A DNA stretch of 64,000 bases from Candidatus Poribacteria bacterium. GTDB lineage: Bacteria; Poribacteria; WGA-4E; WGA-3G. The position numbers were made by a program, and so were the translations under genes. Of this stretch, positions 31,862 through 42,700 are shown one piece after another. The stretch spans positions 384,001 through 448,000 of the forward strand of contig OZ244048.1 in the NCBI GenBank assembly GCA_965215265.1. The letters run 5' to 3'. How positions within the stretch are numbered: position 1 is the stretch's first letter; each line of letters opens with the position of its first letter. Under the pieces are notes generated by a model that searched no databases, was not told where the DNA came from, and was given only the letters and a program-made list of their open reading frames with translations.

Positions 31862-32566
31862 CTACACAAAAGGCTCAAGTAAAACTCGAAATTTATTGAC
31901 ACAAGAGGCCACGTTTTCTATTGGAAGCTCCTTAAAGTGTTGTGGCTTATGTATTTCTCTGTTCGATTTTCTATTACTATCAAGCAGAGTTATGATTTCC
32001 AGACTTACCGTCGGAGTGTGAGACAGTAACGTATGCGTTGATTCACTACCTAATTGCTCCGGTTTACTAACTTCTCCGTAATCTCCACCTAAACCATTCT
32101 CGAGCTGAAATACACAAAATAGCAGGTCTGGATAAAGTAACTTCGCGATTAACTCAAAATCTTTCAAGGTTCTTTTGAGCATAGCATTTTCTATATATGA
32201 CTTGCACTCTATGCCTAGAATTAACTTGTCATCTATCTTTACTGCTCTATCCAACTCTATTTTATAAACATATCTTTCCTTATTCTGTTCAATATGATGC
32301 CGGATAGATTCAAGAGTTAGATTTTTAACATAATTTTCTTCGATAGTGATAGTTCTTGTCCGTTTTCGTATATCGAAGCGGTCAGTCTCACCCCCTACTT
32401 CATGCCATGCTAAATGGACTATAGCATCCACAATATTCTCTACTAGTGCACCTTTTGCTCCCCGAATCTGTCCTGGAGTCATCTCGTACATTGAATATAT
32501 GCTGCTGTTGTACAACTCAACTATTGATTGATAGTCTGGATAAGTAAGCACATCATAGGTAGCCAT
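31862..32566 (-). CDS. Putative Type II restriction endonuclease
   Basis: Downstream of a DNA MTase; KGALVE...D...GIECKSY PD-(D/E)xK pattern; AT-rich. Confidence 0.62.
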   Translation of the reverse strand: MATYDVLTYPDYQSIVELYNSSIYSMYEMTPGQIRGAKGALVENIVDAIVHLAWHEVGGETDRFDIRKRTRTITIEENYVKNLTLESIRHHIEQNKERYVYKIELDRAVKIDDKLILGIECKSYIENAMLKRTLKDFELIAKLLYPDLLFCVFQLENGLGGDYGEVSKPEQLGSESTHTLLSHTPTVSLEIITLLDSNRKSNREIHKPQHFKELPIENVASCVNKFRVLLEPFV

Positions 32567-32649
32567 TTAGCTGTTCCATATCTTACAAGTGATTTGTAAC
32601 TGCTCCGATATCAAGAATTAAAGCCCTGAAATGCTTAAGTCAAGTTCAC

Positions 32650-33537
32650 TTACACTAAAAGGCGTAACCTATCCTCCGCCGTTTGGCAGTATTCGGGCGA
32701 AATGTCTATACCTAAGAAATGACGTTGGCTTTTAAACGCTGAAACACAAGTTGTTCCAGTCCCCGCGAAAGGATCGAGAATAGTATCTCCTCGGAAACTG
32801 AACAGCTTCAACACCCGATTCGCGAGTTCCTCTGGAAACATCGCAGGATGTCTAAATTTTCGCATATCGCGTTCCGGTGCGATCGTCCATTTCGCCGAGA
32901 CCCACCGTTTGAAAGACTCAGCGTCAATATCCGCATCTTTTGGATGCCCCGACTTTTTCAAAGACCCTTTGCAAAATATCTCTAAAAACTCCCACGTATA
33001 TTTAAGGTAGGGGCTCGAGGGGCTTTTCCAACTCCCCCAAGCAGTATACTTACAATTGTAGTGATTTTTCTCCCATAGAATTTCACCCTTCCAGATCAGC
33101 TTCTTCCGTATAAAGTACTGTGAAATAAGATGATGTGTCGGAATGTAATCCGAAAATAGCGGCTGAACGTTAACAACGATGCGGCCCCCATATTTCAGTA
33201 TTCTGATGCATTCATCAAAGATACCGAACAACACCCTGAAGTAAGCGTCCCATGCAAAGGCATCCTCGGTTCCCTCGTAATCCAGACCAAAGTTGTAGGG
33301 CGGCGATGTGAAAATGAGGTCTATGCAATTGTCAGGCAGCTGCGTGAGAACAGTCTGTGAGTCGCCGCAGATAATTGTATCGGTAAACTCAGCAGGTAGG
33401 ACATTACTCTCCTGACTAAAATCATGCGTATTGGCATAATAGTACTTCCCACGTGCTGCTTCTTTCTGTTTCCGATTCCTAACTTTTCGTTCCATCGTGT
33501 TATCTCTCTTTTTCAAATTGTTCTTTTGCTCAAACAT
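32650..33537 (-). CDS. Site-specific DNA methyltransferase, beta class N4-C/N6-A (SPPY suggests m4C)
   Basis: TSPPY, HPAMFP, LDPFAGTGTT. Confidence 0.92.
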   Translation of the reverse strand: MFEQKNNLKKRDNTMERKVRNRKQKEAARGKYYYANTHDFSQESNVLPAEFTDTIICGDSQTVLTQLPDNCIDLIFTSPPYNFGLDYEGTEDAFAWDAYFRVLFGIFDECIRILKYGGRIVVNVQPLFSDYIPTHHLISQYFIRKKLIWKGEILWEKNHYNCKYTAWGSWKSPSSPYLKYTWEFLEIFCKGSLKKSGHPKDADIDAESFKRWVSAKWTIAPERDMRKFRHPAMFPEELANRVLKLFSFRGDTILDPFAGTGTTCVSAFKSQRHFLGIDISPEYCQTAEDRLRLLV

Positions 33538-33620
33538 AGATGCTCTCTATAAAGTCCGTTCTACTTCCTGCTACAGTTGTGGGCAGAAAATGAGTCGTAC
33601 TCATCTCAACAGGCTATCGA

Positions 33621-33649
33621 ATAGTATCACAGTTCCTGAGAAAAGTCAA
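33621..33649 (-). promoter_or_regulatory. Promoter of the MTase-REase pair
   Basis: Minus strand TTGACT-17 bp-TACTAT. Confidence 0.5.
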
Positions 33650-33769
33650 ATCTATTGTTTGGAAAATATGCAAACGTCTACCGATAGAGGTGCTGCAGCA
33701 CGTTGTCTCTGAACCTCACGAAAAACCGAAATGGTGCGTCGACTCCTGATTTTTGACCGACTCTGCCGC

Positions 33770-33799
33770 AAAAATGCCGCCCCTATGAGTAGAGCGGCA
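33770..33799 (-). terminator. Intrinsic terminator closing the Ssp/Pbe-like operon
   Basis: Minus strand TGCCGCTCTA-CTCA-TAGGGGCGGCA-TTTTT. Confidence 0.65.
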
Positions 33800-33966
33800 A
33801 ACTAATCTCCAGCCCATGTAAAACCGTAAAGCAGGAAAAATATTCTTCAGTCTCATCCTCCATTAGATTCGTAATTTGCTCTAAACTTCCCAATAGGTCG
33901 TGGTCTTTCCCTCCTTGCGAGATACATCCGCCTATACAACCTATAGAATTATAGAATCTTTAGCAT

Positions 33967-34422
33967 TCACGCCTCCTCTCGTAGTAATTCATCAATTGCG
34001 TCAGAAAGATTCCAGATTGGATCATCCTTTCCATCTTGCAGCATCCTGGCTATATGGGGGACCCCCGCCGCAGCGAGCCCATTCGCGATAGTCATCATGC
34101 GCCGTGGATTTTCCACAACTTGCACGTCATCATCAACTGCTATAGCAATTAACATTACTGTCTGGAACCGCCAACTGTCTCGGTCAAAGATTGAACCTTG
34201 GATGAACGTGAAAGTTTCCTGTTTGGATAGGTTGACTAGTTCGAGTTCCTTTCGCACTGCAAACGATAATCCTGCAAACCATAAATCAACCATTCGCGGG
34301 AAAGGGCTTCGATCTACACTTGCCTGTCTACTTGTTTGGCAGTAACGATCATAAACATCGCGCTGAGTCTTAGGGGCGATTAAATCCATACTAGCAAAGG
34401 GATTATGATATTGCTGTGCCAC
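33967..34422 (-). CDS. Small protein of the defence operon (PbeD/DndE-like by position)
   Basis: Last gene after the SMC-like ATPase; FPRMVDLWFAG...ANGLAAAG helical pattern; assignment positional. Confidence 0.5.
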   Translation of the reverse strand: MAQQYHNPFASMDLIAPKTQRDVYDRYCQTSRQASVDRSPFPRMVDLWFAGLSFAVRKELELVNLSKQETFTFIQGSIFDRDSWRFQTVMLIAIAVDDDVQVVENPRRMMTIANGLAAAGVPHIARMLQDGKDDPIWNLSDAIDELLREEA

Positions 34423-34444
34423 TGTCTACCTCCTAAGATATTGG

Positions 34445-36553
34445 TTACACTTCTGTTTCTACATCCATTCGCCGCTGGCACAAGCGGCATTTCTTACGGT
34501 GATTGCATTCACACCGTAGTGTCTTACGTTGCTCTACCCGTGGATCATTAACTAAAATTCGCGGATAGTGTGCCGAGTTTGTCAACGTTATCACACGCCC
34601 TGCTTCTTCATCCAGAATTTCTTCACAGTCTGCAATCTCGGAGCGCGTGAGAAATAGAATAAGCTGCGAGCTTTCCCGGATGGCAGTCCTAAGTACGGAC
34701 CGCTTCACATAGCCGCTCATCATTCCGAGCGGTGTATCAAGCACATTCGGGGCTTCGACTTCACTAACCTTAGTTAGAGCAAGGATAAAGGCAAAGGTCA
34801 GTGCACGACGAGATGCACCGTTAAGATCTTGGTCAGGGTTTAGCATTTGATTATTTAAACCGTAGACCAGAATATCATAATCCTTGCTGATTTCTGCCCT
34901 TTGAATGATCGCCCCTTGTTTTGGATCAGCACCGATCATTTCAAGAAAAATCTCGTTCATTTTACAGCTGACTTTCATCAATTCTTCATCTGTAATCCGG
35001 TCGTAGGACTTCTTCAGAACACTTTGTACATCGCGCGCCACATCCAGACTCGCAAGTATGTGTTTACCTTTCCTCTGTTTACTAAGAAGGTTATCGCGCC
35101 GCAATACCAAGCTTTTACGCTCTTTTTTTAGTCCTTCAAGTTGTGTTTCAGCTCCCCCTAAACGACGGGAAAGGTGGGTCTTCTGGTCAGTGTAGTCCTG
35201 CTCGGTAGAGCGAAGACCCTGAATATTGATGTCAGGTATAAGGTCCAACTGTGCTTCAAGATCCTTAAGTTTTTCACCTTGTTCATCGCGTTTCCTTTTA
35301 AGTTTATCTCGGCACTCCACGATTTTCTCGTACTCAGCAATCCAATCCTTATTGTTAGCGGTTTCATCCAGTTGCAAGTCACGCGAACCGTAATAGAGGT
35401 CAGTGAGCTTACTTTGAAGAACATCTGCTTGTTGGCTTTCATCAATCAGGCACTGGATGTGGTCTCTTCGCTTCTTGCCATCAACTGTCTGTGAATCTAA
35501 CGACTCACCACAAATGCAAGTAATTCCCTGGAGACGCTCTTCCAAGACAGGAATGGTTGCACTAGGAATCTTGCCCTGAGTGTGCAACTTACTTAGCTTT
35601 TCAAGGCTTTTTTTCAACGTCGGAGCAAGCAGGTCGCGTGAGAAGAACATACCTCTAAAAAGGTGAGAATGTTTTTGACCAGCAGCAGCGAGATTCTTGT
35701 CAAGTTGCTTTAGCTGCACCTTGGTTTCTGCAATATCGATTTTAAGTTTTTCCCGGTCGCCCTTAACTAATGCGATTTCAATTTGTTCCCGGGTTCCCTC
35801 AATTTGTTTATGAATCGCGGCAATCTGCGATTTATAATCGACTATGTTTTTCTCAAGCTTCCTATACGCGGTTTCTATCTCTTCCAATTCTGCAGCAACG
35901 CTTGTGAGTTCCTTATGGATGTCAAGTGATTTTGCTGCTTTGTTGAAGTCAGAAATTGTCGTTTTTATATGTGACCTGGCCTTGTCAATGTAATTCAGTC
36001 CCAAAAGCGAACGGATTGCTTTTTCAACGCGATCTCGCTTGATTTTTTCTGATGCAGTTGCTTCAATGAAACTGAGTGCTCGATCACCGTCAGTAAAGAA
36101 CACCTCCCTTAGTTCAGGCGGAAGTTCTTCTTTAATCCGCACGTTAGGTTTATCCACGTCCTTGCTCCCCGTATCTGTTAATTCAAATAAACGGACCTCT
36201 GGATTATCCATTACACCATCTAATTTTTCATAACCAGCCCGGATAATACGGTATCGTATAGTGTCATCCGGACCGCTCCGACTAAGCCTCTTTGTCTCAA
36301 ATTCAACCTGTACAGATATTGGAATTCGCTGACCATCTGCTGCGTCCCAATCGATCGGATGTAGACGGTAGTCTTTGCCCTTTTCTGGCAATGCATCATT
36401 ACCATAAAGAGCCCATTGAAGTCCATTGAGGATAGTGGTTTTTCCACTTTCGTTCTCTGCCCGAATAACCGTTAGCCTTTTATCCGTTGAAAAGTCTAAC
36501 TTTAAATCACGTAGCAGACGGAAATTTTCAAATTGGGCACGGATAAGTTTCAT
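34445..36553 (-). CDS. pbeC: SMC/Rad50-like ABC ATPase with coiled coil and CxC hook (PbeC/DndD-like)
   Basis: ENFR, AENESGKT, FFTDGD, CICG, LNGASRR signature, VLDTPLG, C-terminal CxC...CxxC. Confidence 0.7.
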   Translation of the reverse strand: MKLIRAQFENFRLLRDLKLDFSTDKRLTVIRAENESGKTTILNGLQWALYGNDALPEKGKDYRLHPIDWDAADGQRIPISVQVEFETKRLSRSGPDDTIRYRIIRAGYEKLDGVMDNPEVRLFELTDTGSKDVDKPNVRIKEELPPELREVFFTDGDRALSFIEATASEKIKRDRVEKAIRSLLGLNYIDKARSHIKTTISDFNKAAKSLDIHKELTSVAAELEEIETAYRKLEKNIVDYKSQIAAIHKQIEGTREQIEIALVKGDREKLKIDIAETKVQLKQLDKNLAAAGQKHSHLFRGMFFSRDLLAPTLKKSLEKLSKLHTQGKIPSATIPVLEERLQGITCICGESLDSQTVDGKKRRDHIQCLIDESQQADVLQSKLTDLYYGSRDLQLDETANNKDWIAEYEKIVECRDKLKRKRDEQGEKLKDLEAQLDLIPDINIQGLRSTEQDYTDQKTHLSRRLGGAETQLEGLKKERKSLVLRRDNLLSKQRKGKHILASLDVARDVQSVLKKSYDRITDEELMKVSCKMNEIFLEMIGADPKQGAIIQRAEISKDYDILVYGLNNQMLNPDQDLNGASRRALTFAFILALTKVSEVEAPNVLDTPLGMMSGYVKRSVLRTAIRESSQLILFLTRSEIADCEEILDEEAGRVITLTNSAHYPRILVNDPRVEQRKTLRCECNHRKKCRLCQRRMDVETEV

Positions 36554-36569
36554 TGGATAGCCCTCCTCC

Positions 36570-36794
36570 CTATTTTAGTTGATTCCGGCTCTCTGCAAGA
36601 GAGTCGCCAGTCTTTTGACAAATTTCGCGTATTTTTTGGTGAATAGGTGTCATCTTCAAAAGATGTTCCTTTTCGTGTTCGAGGATTTTATCTATGGCAC
36701 CAGCAAGTTCCTCCTTGTACCCATCGTACCTTTCCTCAATAGATTGGCATTCATGAAAGATAATGTCAAAGATTTTTTGTCTATTGAACAGCAT
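36570..36794 (-). CDS. Small helical protein (PbeB-like by position)
   Basis: 74 aa with an AGGAG RBS, tightly packed between helicase and ATPase. Confidence 0.6.
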   Translation of the reverse strand: MLFNRQKIFDIIFHECQSIEERYDGYKEELAGAIDKILEHEKEHLLKMTPIHQKIREICQKTGDSLAESRNQLK

Positions 36795-36805
36795 GATTCT
36801 CTCCT

Positions 36806-38941
36806 TTATAGATAAATCGCTTTAACAAGTCGATCAATAATATCCAAAGGCCCATCAGTTCTACCTGCATTCAGAGCGAGTTTAGAAAATTTCATAACTC
36901 GCGAGAGTTCTGATTCAATAAGTTTGCGTGCCTCATCGTCGATATCATCCATGTTCGATGGCAATGCAATAAAATCGTGAATTTCGCTATGTGTCTTGTC
37001 AGTTTCACGACATGTCCGAAGGAGCCTCCCTCGACGCTGTACCCATTGCCGCTCTACTGTAGTACTGGCCAGGATGAACGCCTTTTTAATCTGCGGAATG
37101 TTCACACCTTCATCAAGCACGCGCTTTGCAGTCAGCACATGCAATGTCCCCTCCTGAAAGGATTGGATAATTTTCGCTGTTTTTTCACTGTTCGGTGTTT
37201 CCTTGTATGTGAGTTGGTGAAAAAGCACACCGCGTGCCTTCAATAAAGCATTGACAGCCTCAAGTTGCTGCGGTGCCTTGTCTGATGCGTAAATTAATGT
37301 GTACTGGAGTTGTCGAAACCCCTCACGTGTCAAGACCGCCTCCAACGCCTCGATCTTATTTTCCGCGTTCTCTAAGAGAGCACGCCTATCCCGAAGCAAC
37401 TTCATCAGATACTCATCAGTTTCATTTTCTTCCTTACGCCAAGAATTCGCCTTGATTTTTTCCGTAAGTGCATACCATTGGTCCATTTCGTCCTCTGTGA
37501 GTTCCACAGGATGAACGTAATACTCGTATTCAACGAGGCATCGCCCGATTGCTTCCTCGAGCGTGAATTGGAAAACAACCGGACCGAAAAATGAGAACAG
37601 GACCTCTGTCCCGTGTTCATCATATTGACGGATCGGAGTTGCCGAAAGACCCAGCCTATAATCAAAAAAAGTCGGCAGGTCAGTGATGAATCTCTCACTT
37701 CCCAGATTGTGTACTTCATCCGCAATGAGCAAAGTCTTACAATCCATTTTTTTGATTTCCGTTTTAAACTCGCTATTGCATAGTGTAACATGAGAAACGA
37801 CAACAATTTCAATGCCGCTTCTTCCAATTCGAAGCCGTCGTCTTATCTTATTAAGTTCACGTGCCCGTCCTCTTGCTCCTGTAGACGCTGTCAGATTAAC
37901 AGCCGTGAGTCCAAAGGGCAAAATCTCATCACACCACTGTTGAATGAGCGGAATGTAGGGTGCTGCAACAACGATAAGCAGCGGCTTCTGCACATTGTAA
38001 AGCCTATGTGCACAAATCATAGCAGTAATCGTTTTGCCTGAACCGGTCGCCATTTCTAAGATACCTTGATAATCCGCTTCGCACCACGCATCTACAGCCC
38101 TGCCTTGATGTTCAAAGGGGCCATCCTGAAATCGGAGTTCTGATGGTATTACAAATGAAGTACGAGACGAATCGTAATCGGCAGGAGATTCCTTTATCGA
38201 GCCAGTCGCCTGGTCGTAGAGTGTCCGAAAATCTGTCTCGGTTGGCGGGATGTCTGAACGATAAGTGTGAAGTAGATCGTCGCGAATAGCTTGGGGCATC
38301 TCAACCACGATACAACTCTCAACCTCATTTTCCCAAAGTTGTTTGAACTGGTCACAAAACCTTTCTGTAGTGTAGTGCTGGGTAGGATCTTCCCAGGATT
38401 TAGAAATGGAAATTTGCTCAATATTCTTCTGAATACCGGCATAAGTCATATTGCTAGATCCGTGTGCTGCAATCACGTCATCACCTTTCCGAAAGAGCCA
38501 GACCTTTGGATGGAAGAGTGCATCTTTCATAACGGCTATCTTGATTTGGACGCGTCTCCTATGCAGCAGCCACGACAGACACTTCAGTGTATGTTGCGCA
38601 ATAAGGTCTTCAGTGACAAACATATCTTCTAAAATTGCATTAGCGCTATTTTCCGAAGAGGTTAGCCCTTCTTCTATTGCCTCCCTATCTTCAGAGCGGA
38701 GCAGAGGACTGATAATTAAGCGAAAACTCTCCTCTGAGGAGTTGATAAAGGTTGCCAAGCCCGGGGCTAGCGACACGAAGATGTCGCTAGAAAAGAATCC
38801 CATCATGCCATCAACTTGAGTCGCTGACTGAAAGCAAGGGATCAGGACCTCTTCAGACACCGGATCGTCAGGTAGTATGTAGAGAGGTCTAATATTAGGC
38901 ACAGCCTGAAGCGTCATCTCATTAAGCTCCAACATCTTCAT
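36806..38941 (-). CDS. pbeA: PLD-nuclease domain fused to an SF2 DEAD/DEAH helicase (PbeA-like)
   Basis: HPK...GSSN (PLD); MATGSGKT, DEVH, SAT, LDEGVNIP, QRRGRLLR. Confidence 0.72.
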   Translation of the reverse strand: MKMLELNEMTLQAVPNIRPLYILPDDPVSEEVLIPCFQSATQVDGMMGFFSSDIFVSLAPGLATFINSSEESFRLIISPLLRSEDREAIEEGLTSSENSANAILEDMFVTEDLIAQHTLKCLSWLLHRRRVQIKIAVMKDALFHPKVWLFRKGDDVIAAHGSSNMTYAGIQKNIEQISISKSWEDPTQHYTTERFCDQFKQLWENEVESCIVVEMPQAIRDDLLHTYRSDIPPTETDFRTLYDQATGSIKESPADYDSSRTSFVIPSELRFQDGPFEHQGRAVDAWCEADYQGILEMATGSGKTITAMICAHRLYNVQKPLLIVVAAPYIPLIQQWCDEILPFGLTAVNLTASTGARGRARELNKIRRRLRIGRSGIEIVVVSHVTLCNSEFKTEIKKMDCKTLLIADEVHNLGSERFITDLPTFFDYRLGLSATPIRQYDEHGTEVLFSFFGPVVFQFTLEEAIGRCLVEYEYYVHPVELTEDEMDQWYALTEKIKANSWRKEENETDEYLMKLLRDRRALLENAENKIEALEAVLTREGFRQLQYTLIYASDKAPQQLEAVNALLKARGVLFHQLTYKETPNSEKTAKIIQSFQEGTLHVLTAKRVLDEGVNIPQIKKAFILASTTVERQWVQRRGRLLRTCRETDKTHSEIHDFIALPSNMDDIDDEARKLIESELSRVMKFSKLALNAGRTDGPLDIIDRLVKAIYL

Positions 38942-38970
38942 TTTTTAGACATAATCAAATTTAATAAAAA

Positions 38971-39789
38971 CTACTTATAACAAATCAGACACGGTTCCTC
39001 ATCGTCTTCATCGTCGTGCACATCCGTAAGGATATCTATCAGCCGCCGATTCGGACGAGCCGCCCGCTTCGCCGCCTTCGACTCTTCAGCATGTGCCTTA
39101 ATCTGCTCAATGCGTTCCGGGTCCGAAAGCTCGTCTAAACTCTCGCTCTGACACCATGTGAACCGTTCACCGGTATCAGGGTCAAATTTCTCGTATGCCT
39201 TGGCGAGTTCAAAAAGGTCGGGATGTTTCTCCAGCAACCCTACCCACTCGGATTTACGCTGGAAGAAGCAGAAATAGCACCCGGAACGCGTCCGCCAATC
39301 GTAATAGTCCGGCATCCCGAGCCCACTCTCCTCCAGAATGCGGTAGACATCCTGTTTCGTGATACCATCTTCCTTAAAAGGATATTTCGGCTCAATGTTT
39401 CGCAACTCCGCGTTTTTCAGCGGCTTATAACCGACGCGATCCTCATCTGCACGAATCGCGATGTAGTTGTACGCCTTGTCGTCACCGACATATCTCTCAA
39501 ACGGTTTAATCTTGAGATTGACGGTACACCAACGCACCTGTGGCGATGGCAACAAGCCCCCTAAAACCGTCAACCAGTGATCGAAATCCCGCTCCGTATT
39601 CAGACGGGCGATCGGTTTGCCGAGGAACGCCTCCAGCCGATCCAAAAACGCATACGTCTCCGGCAATTCTTTCCCAGTATCTGAGAACACATATTCCATC
39701 TCCGGCACCCGGTCACGCATATAAATCGCGAGTGCAGAACTATCTTTCCCACCGGAGAGCCCAAGAATGTGTCGTCTCTGCTGTTCCAT
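38971..39789 (-). CDS. sspD: PAPS reductase-family protein (SspD/DndC-like)
   Basis: SGGKDS PP-loop, RWCT, RSGCYFCFFQ, C-terminal CLIC; ATG at 39789 preceded by GGAGG. Confidence 0.75.
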   Translation of the reverse strand: MEQQRRHILGLSGGKDSSALAIYMRDRVPEMEYVFSDTGKELPETYAFLDRLEAFLGKPIARLNTERDFDHWLTVLGGLLPSPQVRWCTVNLKIKPFERYVGDDKAYNYIAIRADEDRVGYKPLKNAELRNIEPKYPFKEDGITKQDVYRILEESGLGMPDYYDWRTRSGCYFCFFQRKSEWVGLLEKHPDLFELAKAYEKFDPDTGERFTWCQSESLDELSDPERIEQIKAHAEESKAAKRAARPNRRLIDILTDVHDDEDDEEPCLICYK

Positions 39790-39799
39790 GTTTTCCTCC

Positions 39800-42700
39800 C
39801 TATTCTTGAAGTTGTTGCATCCATTTCTGTGCAATTCGTGCGAAAATAGCGACGCGAAGCTCAAGGGTATCAGTGCCCATCCCAAACTGCTTAAAGACCT
39901 CATCAATAGCCTTTTCTATTTCGGAAGCCTGCTTATCAGCCGCTGATGGTAAAGTGACGACCCGCTCCTGTTCGGCTTGGTGAGGCCGTGTAATGCCGAC
40001 CCGAACAGGTTCACTAGATGACGGCTGACGGCACGCTTGTTCTTCATAAGAAACGGCTTCAAAATGATGGAATTGTCGCGCGAGCGTCGAAAGATTCATC
40101 TCAAATAGAGCGTTATCTTCGTCATTCCAAGATCTCGGCGGTTTGTTAGCTACATAGAGCGCCACTGCCTCAAGCCAGTCAGTGCGATTCCGAAGCTTGC
40201 CATCGCAGACTCGACGGAGAAATCCGTTGAGCCTCCCCCCAACGGTAATTTCCAACAGCGGCTCTGCTCTGCGAACCAGTACACGCTGAAGCTCTTTCTC
40301 GTCTTCCAAAGCGAACGTCGTCTTAAGTCGTTGTTCAATCGAATTCAACAGACTCTCGTAGACCTGCCGCAATTCAGATAAAACCTCCTGTAGTCTGCTG
40401 CAGAAGTCCGAAACTACCTGCGAGTCCACGATTTCCGGGCTGAAAACCGGAAATCCGAGGGCCTTCGGCAGCTCCCCAAAAAGCAGCTCATCCGGTTCAC
40501 GCGCATTCGTAACCGATGTACGCAGCCTCTTAGCTTCATCGCTCAACTCCTCCGTTTTCAAAGTGTAGTCTGGAAGTTGTGCAATAAATTGCATAAGCGG
40601 TGCAACCACCGTCAATAAATCAGGTTCTCCAGGTTCCGACGATTGACGGAGTACCTTCAGAAATTGCTCGAACAACTCGCCCCGGATAGCTGTCATCCGG
40701 AAGCGCTTGATCTCAAATCGTTGCGGCATTTTAAGCAGCCGCTCAAAAAGCGGCACTGACCATTCCGGGGCAAAGCCCCCATTTTCGTAGAGCGCGATTT
40801 CCGACTTGTAATGCAGCAGAGCAGCACACAACAGAATCGGCAGCAGACCATTTCGAACACCGTAAGGCTCGGCCTCTAAGCATTTATAGAGAGCTACTAC
40901 CGGTTGCCGCTCGCCTTCACACTCCTCAAGAAACGCATCTATTTCTCCCCACACGGGCATCAGACTTTCTTCCGTTGGCGGACAAAACCCCCACATGTCC
41001 GAAACTTTGCGATGCATGCCCGTACTCTCTAACACAGAACGGTAGATGCTCATTTCAGCCGGGTAACCGTTGATGCCGAGGTTTTCCATGTCACTCCTCT
41101 CAAGCATCGCCTCAATCAATTTTCTTCGGGCAGTCGCCGCTGTCGCAGAAATACTACGTCTATTGATGAGCTCATTACGAATAATAGGTGTCCCAGGGTA
41201 AACCTGCTTACAGATTTCTGACAAATATCTGTTCCGCGCACGTTGGGAGTTGATACTTTCTACAGGTTTCCCTTTGTGGTACCAGAGACAAGTTTTATCT
41301 CTATCCTTGTCGCCCTTAAAAATTTCGGTTAGTTGACCGGACACTGCGCGTTCTGCTTCCATCTGCCGCAGGAGGAGCTCCCGTCTTGCAACTGCATCGC
41401 CCTCCAATTCCGGGGTGTTTTCCGCAACCCAATGTAGACAGGCAAGTTCAAAGACAACCTCTTGCAGCGACTCGATCGAACGTGGAATCGCAACCAACAC
41501 CGCCGCGTGCGCGACACTGTCCATGCCGCACGCCTTCTCAATGAACTGATCGACCTGTTCCTGCGTCGCAGGTAGCGTGTAAAGGATCAGACCGTCCGCA
41601 TCCTCGAACGGTTCACTCAGATCTGCCTCGAAGTTCTCAAGATTGGTGTACCGAACAGTGAAATGACGGAGGGTCCCTGTCTCAAACAGATGCTGCCGTG
41701 CAACGAGCGGACGCGGTTGTGTATAGCGCGAGAGGTCTGCAGCAAGCACTAACTCCGAACCAATATGGGCCGCGGCTTCGCGGAGCCGTACCTCAATATC
41801 AATATCACTCCCTTCCCAAAGGGCGTAGGTGTCATTGTAACGACGGTATATCACAATGGATCGCCTTTTCAGATCTGCAAGCGCCTCCTCAAATCCTCCT
41901 CCGTTAGCGTCTAACGCATAACGCAGCATTTGTGCTGAGGCTTTCAGCTCAGGAATCCCTGTGTTAACAACATTGAGTAACCCAATAGTTTTAATCAGAC
42001 GAAGCGCTAACGGTGAAGGATCCGATAAGCAATCTAAGGCAGATTCAATTTCTACCCATTTTTTCCCGTTATGAGAAGCATAAAGCCGATGCCCTTGTGT
42101 AGTATGAAGGTAGTCATACAGTTCAGCGAGCGAAAACAGAGGCAGAACCTCTCCATCGTAAGATTCTGATGCCAAAAAGTCTTGTAGCCCATGCGGTTCG
42201 CTTGAACTCAGGAAAGCAAAGAGCGAACGTTCATTCTGTGAGAACCGCCGGAAAAGCGGCCCGATCATGAGGGCCACCGTCGGATGCAGCGGCAGACAAC
42301 TCTTCAATAACAAAATAAATTCGTCTTCATTCAATTGGCGCGGTTTTAGTCCTAAAGCAATTGCATTGTTAAGATTAGGCGGCACGACAACCTCTGGATG
42401 CCGCACCAATGCCGCACTAATTAACCGAAGCACCTGCTCAGTCGGCTCCGTAAACACCACATCCTCGAACCGGCCCTGAACCTTCGCCCACTCTTCTCGT
42501 TGTGACCTACTCGCACGTTCCACGTAAAATTCAAAAGCTTGATGCAGGATCGTCATCAGGAAGAACGGTGCCGGCGTACTGCGATCCGCCAATTCGGCGA
42601 GGCTCTGCAGAACAAATATATCTGCTTGTGCCGGACGATCCGCAGCATATTCGAGAAACTTTCCCAGCTCGTCAACCACCACCAGCAGCCCGGAACCTCC

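Noticed and set aside
34445-36553. Housekeeping SbcC/RecN, or DndD of a Dnd modification cluster
   Set aside because: No SbcD or dndB neighbours, and the PAPS-reductase gene is separated from it; the context is helicase-small-ATPase-small.
38971-39789. cysH of sulfate assimilation
   Set aside because: No cys genes nearby; embedded in a DNA-defence operon.
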